Assembly: GCA_951406725.2 (NCBI GenBank)
Contig: OX597825.1
Coordinates: 27,900,001 to 27,964,000 of the forward strand
DNA length: 64,000 nucleotides
From: Octopus vulgaris
Lineage: Eukaryota
Direction: 5' to 3'
The translations under genes were made by a program, and so were the position numbers. Positions 41,660 to 53,688 of this stretch are shown piece by piece (the stretch's first letter is position 1; the number at the start of each line of letters is the position of its first letter). Under the pieces are notes generated by a model that saw nothing but the letters and a program-made list of their open reading frames with translations, made no database searches and was not told the origin of the DNA.

Positions 41660-42095
41660 TTATGGCTGCCCCCTCGTTACCGAATATGGCCATTGCACGA
41701 AGCTTAACTATTACTGGTGCTGTGATCGAATGTGACTTTTTAGCCCAGCTAAAGATCTACAATGTCTTGTACAAAATTGGCAACTAAAACCTTTACTGGT
41801 AATAGCCGGCCGTAGTTGTAACTGGGCTTCATGTACCCTTGCATGTCGTTTAATTCGTCGTGCCGAATTACACTCTCTTCCACATGCCCGACATATATGA
41901 TTGGTATGGTGTGTTACACCACCACCAGTGGCCAGGTTGTCACTCATCTGTCTCGTTTTGTGACTACAAAGATGACTCTTGAGTCCAGCTTTACTGAGGC
42001 AGGGTCTTGCACAGACATTGCATGTCAGCATTAAAGGAGACCCTTCCTTTCTGGAAGTGTAACAGCGATGCCCTTCCTGACATCCCTCCTTACTT
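41660..42095 (-). mobile_element. RTE-clade LINE 3' end encoding three C2H2 zinc fingers
   Basis: ORF 41711-42031 contains CNVC-x12-HLCSH, CRAC-x12-HARVH and CQFC-x12-HIRSQH with no TGEKP linkers. The stop is followed by a stem-loop tail TGGCCATATTCGGTAACGAGGGGGCAGCC and ATAATAAT. Confidence 0.8.
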
Positions 42096-42124
42096 TCTCA
42101 TGTGCATACATACATACATACATT

Positions 42125-42312
42125 GGTTTCAATTTCTGACAAAAGGCCACCATATTCTTGGGGAAGGGGTAAGGCAATTACAATTGATATTTATATTATC
42201 GACCCCCGAAAGGATGAAATGCAAAGTCCGCCTCGCTGGAATTTGAACACAGAATGTAAAGACAGACAAAATTATACCTCGCGTACTAACCACTCTGCCA
42301 TCATGCTTCCTT
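42125..42312 (-). mobile_element. SINE family B
   Basis: ATCGACCCCCGAAAGGATGAAATGCAAAGTCCGCCTCGCTGGAATTTGAAC. Confidence 0.7.
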
Positions 42313-43369
42313 GATGTATGTGTGTGTAGGTGCGCGCGGGTGTTTGTGTTTATCTCTCAATATATACATGTACATATAAATATATTTGTGTGTGTGTATA
42401 TGTGTGTCTATGTTCGTATAGGGGTGGTGCGAGAGGTGTGCATGTTTGTGCTACCTGCATCTATTCCAATTCCTATGTAAATATGTGTCGTATGAGCCGT
42501 AAATTAGAACACATGTGTTAGCGCAACCAATATTTTTAGTACATCGTCCGTTGTAGAAATTGCTTACGATCGCGTTTACTTCATTGTTCGTTCCACTCCA
42601 TCAATGTGAAAAGTTGGCGAAATAATAAAATAGTGGTTCTTTAAGAAAACTCCCTAATAACAAACATATTTAGATCATCGAATCAGCTTCCCCTGGTATT
42701 CTTAATTATCCATAAAGGTGTAAACCGTAATAATACAAGAAACGGAAGGAGAAGGAAGTAAGAAAATATAAAAAAAAGAATGGTAAAAATATAATAACAT
42801 CCATGATAAACATAGCTTAGCTTCTTATATCGGTTGTAAGTTTACTCATCTTTCGCTGGATGGCAACATATGCTGATGCGTAAAACTGCATTCGCCAACT
42901 ATGGTAAAATGCTAGATAGCATAACGAAATCTGGCATTAAAAGGAAATACTTTCAAACGAATGAAGCATGATGTTTACCATTCTGCCTGAAGGCGGTAGA
43001 GAAAGCAAAGTGAGAGATGGAGATAGAGATAGAGATAGAGAGAGGTTGGTGCATGAAAAAACAAAACAAATAAGTCAAAATATAACAATTGTTTTTTTTT
43101 TCCCCTCATTTATCTATACAATATTTTCGTTTGTTTCGTAATGTTATGCAATGTTCTGTGTTTTGGCTTACCATAAAATTTTTGCTTTCACACAAGAGAA
43201 GTTGGCAGAAAGGTTAGAGTTTTAGATATACTATCAATCGCTTATTTTGTACATTCTGTCTATATTTTCGGGATCAAAACAAACCTGGATTGATTGCGGC
43301 TGTTACTCTTATTATCATTATGTGAGGAAAAGTTTCAAAAAGAAATCTAAGGAAGATTCCTATTTCAGC

Positions 43370-43733
43370 TCTTTTACTCTTTTACTTGTTACAGTCATGT
43401 GACTGTGGTCATGCTGGAGCACCGCCGTTAGTCGAGCAAATCGACCCCAGGTCTTATTCTTTGTATGCCTAGTACTTACTGTATCGCAGACGTAAACACC
43501 CCAGCATCGGTTGTCAAGCGATGTTGGAGGACAAACACAGACAAACAAGCATTTTAACACACATAAATATATATATATACATATACACGTCGGGCTTCTT
43601 TCAGTTTCCGTCTACCAAATCTACTCACAAGGCTTTGGTCGGCCCGAGGCTATAGTTGAAGACACTTGCCCAAGGTGCCACACTGTTGTGGTTGGTAAGC
43701 AAGCTACTTACCAAACAGCCATGCCCACGCCTA
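43370..43733 (-). mobile_element. SINE family A, near full length with internal deletions
   Basis: TTTACTTGTTACAGTCATGTGACTGTGGTCATGCTGGAGCACCGCC...CTTACCAAACAGCCATGCCCACGCC. Confidence 0.85.
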
Positions 43734-43889
43734 TATAATAGTTAATAAATTGTTTTATCATATATTTACTCGTTATAACTTTAGATTTTATATATTAAAC
43801 TTTTGAATGCCCACTCCCAAATAAAAAAAAACACACAAATAATATATTCTTTTGGATATTTGTGTATATATTTTATTTTTATATTGTAT

Positions 43890-44077
43890 TCAGACCAGCA
43901 ATTTTAGAGAAGGCATTAATCGATCTGTGTTCAACTGCTATTTCTTTTATCGACCCCGAAAATATGAAATGTAAAGTGAACCGCGGTGGAATTTTAACAC
44001 GGAACCCAAAGCCTGACGAAATACCACTAAGTATTTTACTCAGTATGCTAACATTTCTGCCAGATCGCCCCCCGCCG
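43890..44077 (-). mobile_element. SINE family B, degraded
   Basis: TTTATCGACCCCGAAAATATGAAATGTAAAGTGAACCGCGGTGGAATTT...ATGCTAACATTTCTGCCAG. Confidence 0.65.
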
Positions 44078-44235
44078 TTTACTTGCATAACAGTATGGGG
44101 TAAGACCTACAGTTCGAAAATGCAGTAGTAGTGCATATCCCGCCATGTTTTCTGGAGAATACTTTTTGAGTATTTCGTTTTTGGATTTGGTTTGCAAGAT
44201 TCTTTATATGAGTTCGTGTGTTGCTGCGTATTCTG

Positions 44236-44374
44236 TTTTGTCTGGGGAGAGTCATTTTCTTTTTGTGCCCTATTATTTTACTCACCGTTAAAATTAAGAA
44301 ATAAGTGGAAATTTTACCAGTGAGTGTGTTACATTATAAGGCACAAAAAGGAAATGACTCTCCCCAGACACAAC
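44236..44374. repeat. Inverted repeat hairpin
   Basis: 44239-44270 vs 44339-44370 match 30/32, with an inner pair CTCACCGTTAAAATT / AATTTTACCAGTGAG. Confidence 0.9.
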
Positions 44375-44619
44375 TTTTTGAGCACATAGATGAAATTACA
44401 AAAACTCAAACACAAATGATGAGTCGCCAGAAATACTGAACAAAACCAAATGAAAATCTTTGTAACATTTGAACAAACACTAGGTATGTGCAAATTAAAT
44501 TTGCAATTTTGAATACCCATATTCTTACAGACTATATATTGTTGAGCACTGACAAAGTTGGAAGGACACTGGGAAAAAACGAAGACCAGGTGAGCACTTT
44601 TTTCCATTAAACTTCAATC

Positions 44620-45480
44620 CAAATCGTATACATAGGTCCCAGAAGTACTTGGTCTAGCAATACTTCTTGTTGGCGGTAGTGTTACACTGTTCTTGAGTCA
44701 CTACAGGTACGATTGCGCGGTAGGGAATTTGAAGAAAACGTTCTGTTAGCCGACTGTTGGAGTCCGAAAACTGCTGACTTGCAAAGTGATGTCCGATTAC
44801 GCCTTTTGTGTAAATGACACGTGTGGTGAAGGTCTGAGTGCATTTTGCGGATCAGTCTACCAGCAGTTTTTGGTGACGCGTGGTAGATTGTATCTATTAT
44901 GGTGCCAAATGTGAGGGAAATTGTATGGTAGACAGTCGGTGTTATGCTGGTACCCTTGGATATGTGCGTATCTTTGTTTAGCTCAAGGTTGTGTTTCACC
45001 TTATTGACATAATGTTTTGCATAAACTATTCTACGTAAAGAACCATAGCCTTCTGGAATTTAGTCATGTAAAATTCCGCAGAAAGTCAACCAGTAATATA
45101 TAAAGAAAATTATTTATTTTATACCTAAAATGATAGAACGTACATAATTTGTATGAGCCCAAACAAAGTACTGTACAGTAGTCAATGTTATGACAAAGTG
45201 TCTCTTAGAGAAAGAATACATACTTATAGGCAGCGGTTCTTGCCCATTTAATTTTTTTAGTGTGTAAAGAAACAACAAGACAATATAATCTTTTTCTTCG
45301 TTCTTTAAAAGAAGGAAAATTTGCTTCCTTTTATCTATATGTAGGGAAATCAAGTCTTCATAAACGTGACTATTTTCAGCGAAGACGGATATGATTTAAC
45401 CGATTTCGGTTTTAATGTCTACTAAAAGCAACGGCTATGTTGTTGGTCACCCACTGGGTATTTAATAAATAGAGTATTTG
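44620..45480 (-). mobile_element. Ancient CR1/L2/Jockey-group LINE ORF2 C-terminal remnant
   Basis: LHIDKRKQIFLL..LNGQEPLPI..AHTNYVRSII resembles the RT thumb region and RTSLCKSAVF..NSLP resembles the C-terminus. A probable upstream RT piece lies at 47527-47751 (ST..VLEDV..AAIEIKRSY..LSWLY..RSQ). Confidence 0.4.
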
Positions 45481-46009
45481 TTCCTATAGCAACCCCTATT
45501 TTATTAAGTGCACTCTGTGATTTATAGTGGGAAGGCCATGATTGACTCCTATTCATATCAACTTATTAATGTAATTTAGTGTATTATAACTTAATAAAAG
45601 AAAATGAATATTTTAAAACTGAGTAATTTTTTTGAAACTTTTAGAATATAATTTTTTAGCTTTTTCTAATGAATCTGAAATTAAAAACATTCACATATGC
45701 GTGTATTGTATACTTCTGTTTGTTTAAATATGTGTATATGTGTGTAAGCATCCGCCTGTGTGTGTGTGTGTAACTTATGCCTTCTTTCATTCAATTTTAA
45801 TTAATGGCGAGGAGGATATCGTGATTAAAGTTGTTATCTTGTATTAATTATCAATTAAAAAGAATAAAGTAAAATTCAAACAAAAATACGACCAAACATT
45901 GAAACAAATGTATAAAAAAACAGAAGCACAATAAAACAATAAAAGAAAGCAAATATAACACAAGCACACAAATAAATACTAGCAAACATCGCAAAAGCAA
46001 TTCTCTATC

Positions 46010-46142
<133 letters not shown>

Positions 46143-46523
46143 ATGTGTCCATAAACAGGCGCACACACACATATATATGCGGCGGTCAGTTCCATTCCTC
46201 GTTATGACTTTAAATTTGGTTTTTCTTTACAATTTTTCATGTGTAAATAGTTTCATTATAGAATAATTGTGAATAATTATAATTGCATAAATCATCGTTT
46301 AATGTCAATATAAATTTGGAGACGAGACCAAAAGAAAGTGAGAATAATTTTATTCAATACTGGGTGAAAGAAAAAAGAAAACAACAGAATAAGAGTTTAC
46401 TTGTTTTTTATCCCTGTCATTACTGTTCTTTTATTTGTAAATTTTTGTTTAGTTGCATTTTTATTTCACTTATTTCATCTTTTAAATCATGATTTCTAGT
46501 TCTGTGTGTGTCTGCGTATGGGC

Positions 46524-46567
<44 letters not shown>

Positions 46568-46618
46568 AATATATCTCTGTGTGTGTGTGTGTGTATGTAT
46601 ATACATATACATACATAC

Positions 46619-46702
<84 letters not shown>

Positions 46703-46716
46703 CATATATACAATAT

Positions 46717-47224
46717 GTGACCGCATGGTCGGAACGTCGGTGACTAAACCGGCAACCCCACCAAGCTTGCTTGGTGAGGAGGGTGTTTATTGGACACCCT
46801 GCGGGATGAAAAACAAAACACGTCAAAGGGCGGAGGAACTCTTGAGAGTCAACGGCCATCCAATAAAAGAATTAAGGCTGTATCATGCGCAGGGACATAG
46901 AAATAATCGGACTGAATACCCGATCGCGCGGTTAAACCATTGGGAGTGAAGGACTCCTAGCCTTTGTTAGGGCATCCTTCTAGGAGATGGTAACTCAGGT
47001 AACTGGGATAACTCCGACATAAAACCTGCGGCTCAGTAGTTACCGATGATGTTGACTTGTTCTTCTTTTCGGATTATGGCTGCTGTGGCTTAGTTAGTGG
47101 GATTGACTCAGTGCACAGCCTTTCCTCACTTTAAAACAAAATCTTCTTGCACAGGCATTGCATGATAACAACATTGATTAAGCTTCGTGCAATGGCCATA
47201 CTCGATAACGAGGGGGTAGTCACC
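46717..47224 (+). mobile_element. Non-autonomous bipartite RTE-derived retroposon (structured 5' region plus RTE 3' tail)
   Basis: The last 44 nt (47178-47221) match the RTE tail at 41664-41707 at 40/44. Contains the RTE-5'UTR-like motif GGGCATCCTTCTAGGAGATGGTAACTC and several hairpins. No tRNA head was seen. Confidence 0.75.
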
Positions 47225-48244
47225 ATGTGTGTATATATATGCGCGTACGTTCTTGTGTCTGTGTGCGTGTATATATATAATGTTAAGTTACAGTACAACG
47301 TAATTTATTATACTATATATTTCGACCATGTGCTTATAAGGCAAATGTTAAATTCAAAAGGAAAATCAAAGGCCTCAATCTCTTCCCACTTCTCTATACT
47401 CAGTAAGAAATAAAATCATTTAAATTCAAATATTAGAAGTGCGGCGATGTGAATGAAGTTTCGTTGCAAGATCACAGAAAATCCAACTCAATGCCTGGTT
47501 TTTGGTATGATAAGAAAATCCTTCACTCATTGAGACCTACATATAAAAGAGTATAAATATAACCAGGAAAGGATCATTTCAATCAGTTGACTATTTCTCT
47601 GATATTCAAAACAGTATAATGCAGAGGAATGAAAATATGACCTTTTTATTTCAATTGCCGCGAGATAGCGTTTTAAGTTCATCTGTTTCACATCTTCCAA
47701 AACCATTGAAGTTAAGTAGCGGGTTGATAAACTTGAACAAAAGTGTGTCATAGGCTAAATGGTAGAGTACCGTTCACAATGCATGGCGATTTCTAATTAA
47801 GGTCTAATTTGAAATCCTACCTTGGAGGTTAAAATAGCTTTTATTCATATACTGGTGATGCCTATCTAATCAACTGTTCTCATCGCCATATGTGTAGCAT
47901 TGCACTTATATTAGAAATCACTAAATTTCTCCTCTTATTGTTAATTCTGTTCTATCCAGCGCTTGTTTTTTGTTATCTGTTCATGTTGTTGATGATGATG
48001 TCGCTTTTATTGAAGTTGATGTTGCAAATGTTGGTGTTATTATTAATACTTTTTTTTGTTTCTGCTGCTGGGACAATCTGTAAGATTAAAATTTATTCGA
48101 TAATCATAGACAATGAATATTTTTTCTATAGTACCAAGTCTATATTCTTCGCAGTGTCTTGCCTATGAGCATTAGCACAAGTGTTTGTGGTGGTCACAGT
48201 GAGTGATTAAGCATGTGTCAATGACACAGAGTGACAGACAGAGA

Positions 48245-48480
48245 AGAAGAAGGAAGAAAGAAAGAAAGAATGAATGAATGAATGAATGAATGAATAAAAG
48301 AAAGAAAGAATGAATGAATGAAAGAAAGAAAGAAAGAAGAAGGAAAGATAAAAAGAAAAAAGAAAGAAAGACTGAAAGAATAAAAGAAAGAGAGAAAGAA
48401 AGAAAGAAAGAATGAATGAAAGAAAGAAAGAAAGAAAGAAAAGAAGGGAAGATAAAAAAGAAAGAAAGAAAGAAGAACAC
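48245..48480. repeat. (AAAG)n/(AATG)n purine-rich microsatellite
   Basis: Direct reading of the sequence. Confidence 0.9.
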
Positions 48481-48785
48481 AGCCAAACAGAGAGAAGGTG
48501 GGTCTTGTGAATGAAGTACGGATGAGTAAAAGAGCGAGTGAATGAAGAAGTATTTCCGAATCAGTGAGAGGAATTCCACAATGATACAAGTAAATGAAAG
48601 AATTCGAAGGAAAAATTAGAGTGAAAGATGGTGGAAATAAAATTGGTAAATAGAAAGATATTAGAAGAACACTCAGAAACAAATGTATGCATTCAAAGTA
48701 GAAGAAATACATGCTTACATGCAACAGATAATCATATGCTGTATGTAAGCATAAACATATATAATCATAATAATAATAACAAGAG

Positions 48786-48921
48786 GAAGAAGAAGAAGAA
48801 GAAGAAGAAGAAGAAGAAGAAGAAGAAGAAGAAGAAGAAGAAGAAGAAGAAGAAGAAGAAGAAGAAGAAGAAGAAGAAGAAGAAGAAGAAGAAGAAGAAG
48901 AAGAAGAAGAAGAAGAAGAAG
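48786..48921. repeat. Pure (GAA)n tract, about 45 units
   Basis: Direct reading of the sequence. Confidence 0.97.
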
Positions 48922-49099
48922 GAACAAAGGCATCGGAGGTGCGGTGCATATCCTGTGCGCAGAAAAAGTTTTCGCAAATTATAGTGAGGCTTGCAATGCA
49001 TTGCTTAACCATGCGTTATAACTAAACTGAATTTGTTAATTTTATTTTAAGTATCATCATTATAGGTATTTTAACTCCGGTGAAATTAAGAAATCAACG

Positions 49100-49320
49100 C
49101 GTAAATAAAAGGGACTCTCAAATCCCTCTCTGTACACACACACACACACACACACACACCAAATTTTCTTCATTGTGAGCCACTCACCTAATGAGCATTT
49201 ATGCCAAATTTACTGAAAATCTGTTCTTCTGTTGTCCAGTAATTATGCAAACACGCTGAGAGACCTAGAAATACGAGTGGTTATAATATCCTACGTTCGC
49301 TTGCGCGCACAGGGATAGGT
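49100..49320 (+). mobile_element. Possible Helentron-associated (HINE/DINE-1-like) fragment
   Basis: ATGCCAAATTTACTGAAAATCTGTTC motif and a 3' hairpin TATCC...GGATA (49286-49317). Confidence 0.35.
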
Positions 49321-49328
49321 TAGTTATA

Positions 49329-49472
<144 letters not shown>

Positions 49473-50005
49473 GCCCAGATGAAGTACCAGGCACTGGTTC
49501 TCGTGGCTTCTGATCTTAACTGATTGAAAGTATTATCATGTACATTGTTTTGTCTTGGTATAAAAGATGGGCTACAGCAAAGATTTGCTTGTCAGTTGCT
49601 TGACCTTAACCAGTTGAGCATATCCCTTAGTGGCTGACGATATGTGCCTCTCTGATCATGAGCAGAAGTAGTAGGGGAGCATCATGGCCGTGTTGAGAGG
49701 GATTCTTTGGGGTTTGAATAATTCACCTCTCGAAAAATGGGTGTTTCGTTCAACATCCTTGAACAACCCTTATTCAGGGAAATTTTGAGCGGGATGAGTT
49801 ACTCGACCAGAAGAAAGTTCTTACTGGGCCCCACCTGAAAGATCATGTGCTGTTTTTCTTGATAAGAGATTACCATGTCGCACACATATGGTTGTGATGC
49901 ATGTGCCTGATGTACCCTTATCAGACGGATAGTCATGATGGGTATACTGGGCTTCGTATATTTTACCCCAGTATCACTTTGATGGCATGCACTGCTCTCT
50001 CACTC
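49473..50005 (+). mobile_element. About 530-bp probable non-autonomous retroposon embedded in (AAT)n
   Basis: GC-richer non-coding block bounded on the left by (AAT)n(GAT)n and on the right by CTCTCTCACTC-AATAACAATAATAAT. Confidence 0.5.
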
Positions 50006-50341
50006 AATAACAATAATAATGATATTAATAATATAGTGTACTGGTCCAGATGAATACCCTTATGCTTTGAAATCCATATTCGCAAACCATTGTTCAATGC
50101 CTATGGATATCTCATCAGCCGCAAATAAGATGGAGTGGAAAGGTAAGTTGCAAATAATTGTCTGCAAATATAGATTTCGAAACCTAACGTAGCTCTAACT
50201 AGGCCGGTACACTATCTTAGTAACATTTATACTCCTAATAGAACTTCTTTACTATATTAATAACATTCAATTCTATTGCCTGTGTAGACCGCTCTTCCTT
50301 CAATTCCTACATTGTACAAAAACTGTCATCACCACCTACCT

Positions 50342-50418
<77 letters not shown>

Positions 50419-51221
50419 CGGGTGCTGCACATCAACAAAGGAGCAAGCATATACTATGAATGAATATAAATCATAAGATATGTGTGTTTCTGTGTGTGTG
50501 TGCATATTTATGTGTGTCTTCATGCACATGTTCACACATCATACACGTTCTATACACACATACACACAGACGTATACGATTAATATCATCTTCCATTATC
50601 TTCCAATAATAACCCACTATGGAGTCCGTTGCGTTGTATTACCCGAGAAAGTGAAATTAATATCAACTCGTGCAAATATGTACACGTATCTACTATTATA
50701 CTCGAATATATGAATAACTGTGTGAATTTTACCTGAAGCCGTTCGAAGGGTAGTTTCGATATTTAAAATTCTTTTTTTCACTATTGTATTTTTCTTACTA
50801 TTGTATTATTGTTATATAATTTGAGTTCTGCTAATTCAAAATATTGAAATCATTATTGTAATATTGGAACGAAGAGAATATAGAAAATACATTGTGGTCT
50901 CAGTAAACACGTATTGGGATATGTTTAATCGGTTGTTTTGTGATTGATATAAATATGAGTGCATATATGCATAGGAAAAGTATTTCATGAAGGTCCTGAC
51001 GCACGCATATATGTATTCGCAGACAAGCACATAAATATACATAAATACATTTATTCATAATAAATAAGTGCTTACATGTATATGCAGAGAAGTGTACACA
51101 CATACTGATAGGATGTATATATGTGTGCGTGTATGTGTGTGTGTGTGTATGTGTGTGTGCATGTACACATATGAAAATATGGAAAAAATTCAATTTGTCG
51201 CTATCGTTTAAAAGATTACTT

Positions 51222-52175
51222 TATCTGTTACTGGTTTCAGCCAGGGACAGGGCCCATGATAGAGCACAGCCTTTCAGTGAGCTTGCTTTTCTGTTTTGTA
51301 TTGTGGAGTAACGAGTTGAGCAGAGCTGCACTTCCTTATGCCTCCTGCCGCAATGTGGGTTCATCTGGTACTTCAGGCAAAACTTTGTGCACCCGCTCGT
51401 GGAAGACCTCCACACTTACACCTCGCAAATCTCTGAGGTCTTCTGACAGAATGTTAAACAGTTGCGGACCCTTTAGACCCAAGGTGTTAGAATATTGTGC
51501 TCTTATTCGAGTTGGAGTAAAAGGGATATTTGGTGCTATGCAGTGCCATCCACGTCGGTGATTAGTATAGCTGTCAATTATAAGGTTGGGGGCTAGATCT
51601 TTCAGGGTCTGCCACATCTGTATCACTGCATATCTCTCACGCCTTTCCTCTAAGGTGTAGATCATCTTTTCCCTTAGTTTCTCCCTGTAGCACATCTGTT
51701 TCACGGAATCAATTTCTTTTGTGCAGCGGCACCGGATTGCCTTAAGTTCCGCCAACAGTTTGTCGCTCTGCAGTGGCCACAGTTGGGAGCAGTAAACCAG
51801 ACGATTAATAAATACAGTCCTCCATAGGAGTAGCTTGGTTATTTTTCTCGGTTCTGAAGAATCTCAGAAGCCATCCAGCAACACACCTACATAGTGTTGC
51901 CATTGTGGTAATGTTCACATGGATTGTTGCTTTATTGCTCGTTTGGATTGCCAGTAATTGCACTAACCCCAGGCCTTGTGCATTCCAACTGTAGTCTGTT
52001 TGTGAACCCATAGTGGAGTGCTTGGCTATTCTCAGCATTAAACTGCGTGTTATTTCCATCAACCCATTTTTATGTTGCATGCTGGTCATTTTGTAGCTTT
52101 AGTATCGCTAGTGATACATTTGTATCATCAGCATAGCTAGTAAAAGTGGTTGACTGTATAGCTGGAGACATGCCT
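51222..52175 (-). mobile_element. CR1-group LINE, 5'-truncated
   Basis: SYADDT (52124-52135), KWVDGNNTQFNA, YTLEERRERYAVIQMW, LGLKGPQLFNILSEDLRDL, VPDEPT; tail ...GGCTGAAACCAG. Confidence 0.9.
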
Positions 52176-52468
52176 TAGTGTACCTATATTCTGTATATAT
52201 TATTGATTTGTAGAAAAAAGTGGCAGGAGTCATTTAACAGAGAACTTGAATGTTTTTTAGTCTCATCTCAAAGCAAATATACCTAGCTTCCTTTTCTAAT
52301 CTCCAGCATCTATTATTTTAAATCCAGCATGAATCAGTCAAGCGCTTTTGTGGCAACGCTTGCTTGAGTACTTTACTTGCGATTGTTCGTCGTTACTTAA
52401 CCTATTTGTTTATTTAGTATAAAGCGTAAACCAGAGGAACTATATCTATAAATATATGTATATCTGGT

Positions 52469-52502
<34 letters not shown>

Positions 52503-52508
<6 letters not shown>

Positions 52509-52715
52509 ATCCAAACATGAAAACACAAAGAGAAAGCACAACAACGCGAGAACGTGGAACAAGTATAGTGTTTATTTGACGCTCAGGAAAGGAAAGAAAG
52601 AGGGAGAACTTAACGTTTCGAGCGGAGCTCTTCGTCAGAAACATAGAAAAAGGAAAGATCCAAGGAAGGGAAGATGGAGGAAAAAAATCGCCAACGATAC
52701 ACACGCGGTCATATA
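52503..52715 (-). mobile_element. Short Penelope-like tail module next to (TA)n, carrying a minimal hammerhead
   Basis: About 210-bp block abutting a (TA)n run and containing the motif at 52608-52642. Confidence 0.55.
52608..52642 (-). ncRNA. Minimal type I hammerhead ribozyme variant
   Basis: GTTT-CTGACGA-A-GAGC-TCC-GCTC-GAAA-CG-T-T-AAGT. Canonical core, one extra A before stem II, and stem III reduced to the palindrome ACGU. Confidence 0.6.
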
Positions 52716-52734
52716 TTGAAGTATATATACTTAA

Positions 52735-53560
52735 CATTGATACTTTGATAGGTTTCACCCAGTATTCACCCAGGTCATGTTTAATTTAACAGCACCACCC
52801 GGTGAAGTTATTCAAATCAGGAATTGGACAACATGGCGCACTCAAATAGAGAATTATTGTTTACGGACACATATCCGGGTGTAGGAGGTTTATCCGGGAT
52901 TTTTTGAAGGAATTTGTCCAAAGATTTCTTGTACTTTATGAGGCCTGTCTCTACTTTGATGTGTTCGAATGTAATAATAAAGAGAGCGAGATCAATTCAG
53001 CTGAAATAATTATGCTGTATTGTTGTTATGAGATGCGAATATGATTTATGTTGGGGACGGATAGCACGGGGCCCAAGTCTTGGGTATATCTTAAAGGTAG
53101 TGCCAACATTGTTTGGGTAATGCTGGTGGAATATTTTCCACATCAGACAGATGATGTAGCGCTCACGGAGGTGCTGGAGAGAATAAAGCTTGAGCTTTGT
53201 TAGTTGACTCCAATACTCAAGTACTGTCATGCCATCTATCTATTTTTAATTGACCTCTGAGATGCTTCACCTTTCATGATACTTTGTTTCGTCTGGGGAG
53301 ACCACAGTGGACAACAGTATTCAAATTGGGTCGGGCAAAAGTGGAGAACAGAAGGATAATAGTCTGGATATCTCTCGACTGGAAGGTCCTCAGAATCCAG
53401 GAACATATTGTGCTGGCCATGTGGACATTGCTGCTTATATGAGGTATCTGATGTTGTTGGATACCATGAGATTTTTACCTCAAGGGCATATGGGTGTTTC
53501 AGGGCATTCTCTTTTTCTCTTTTACCGAAGAGGATTAACTCAAATTTGTCCTCGTTCAGC
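52735..53560 (-). mobile_element. CR1-group LINE (second family), 5'-truncated
   Basis: EDKFELI, FEYCCPLWSP, YWSQLTKLKLYSLQHLRERY, YPRLGPRA, LQKIPDKPPTPGYVSVNNNSL. Confidence 0.88.
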
Positions 53561-53640
53561 AGTCTGTGGCTTTCAACGAAGTGGGTTATTGGTGATATAT
53601 ATAGTAATAATAGAGTGTTGTACAATTAGTACCAGCACTC

Positions 53641-53688
<48 letters not shown>

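Noticed and set aside
41711-42031. Host C2H2 zinc-finger gene
   Set aside because: No TGEKP linkers, a frameshifted upstream region, and a retroposon tail shared with another element directly after the stop.
44682-45052. About 123-codon open frame with an upstream AG, resembling a terminal host exon
   Set aside because: The peptide fits a LINE ORF2 C-terminus and RT-thumb-like remnants lie immediately upstream on the same strand. Treated as an old LINE, though not proven.
48218-49012. 264-aa ORF and overlapping poly-K/S/L/F ORFs
   Set aside because: Produced by (GAA)n and (AAAG)n tracts.
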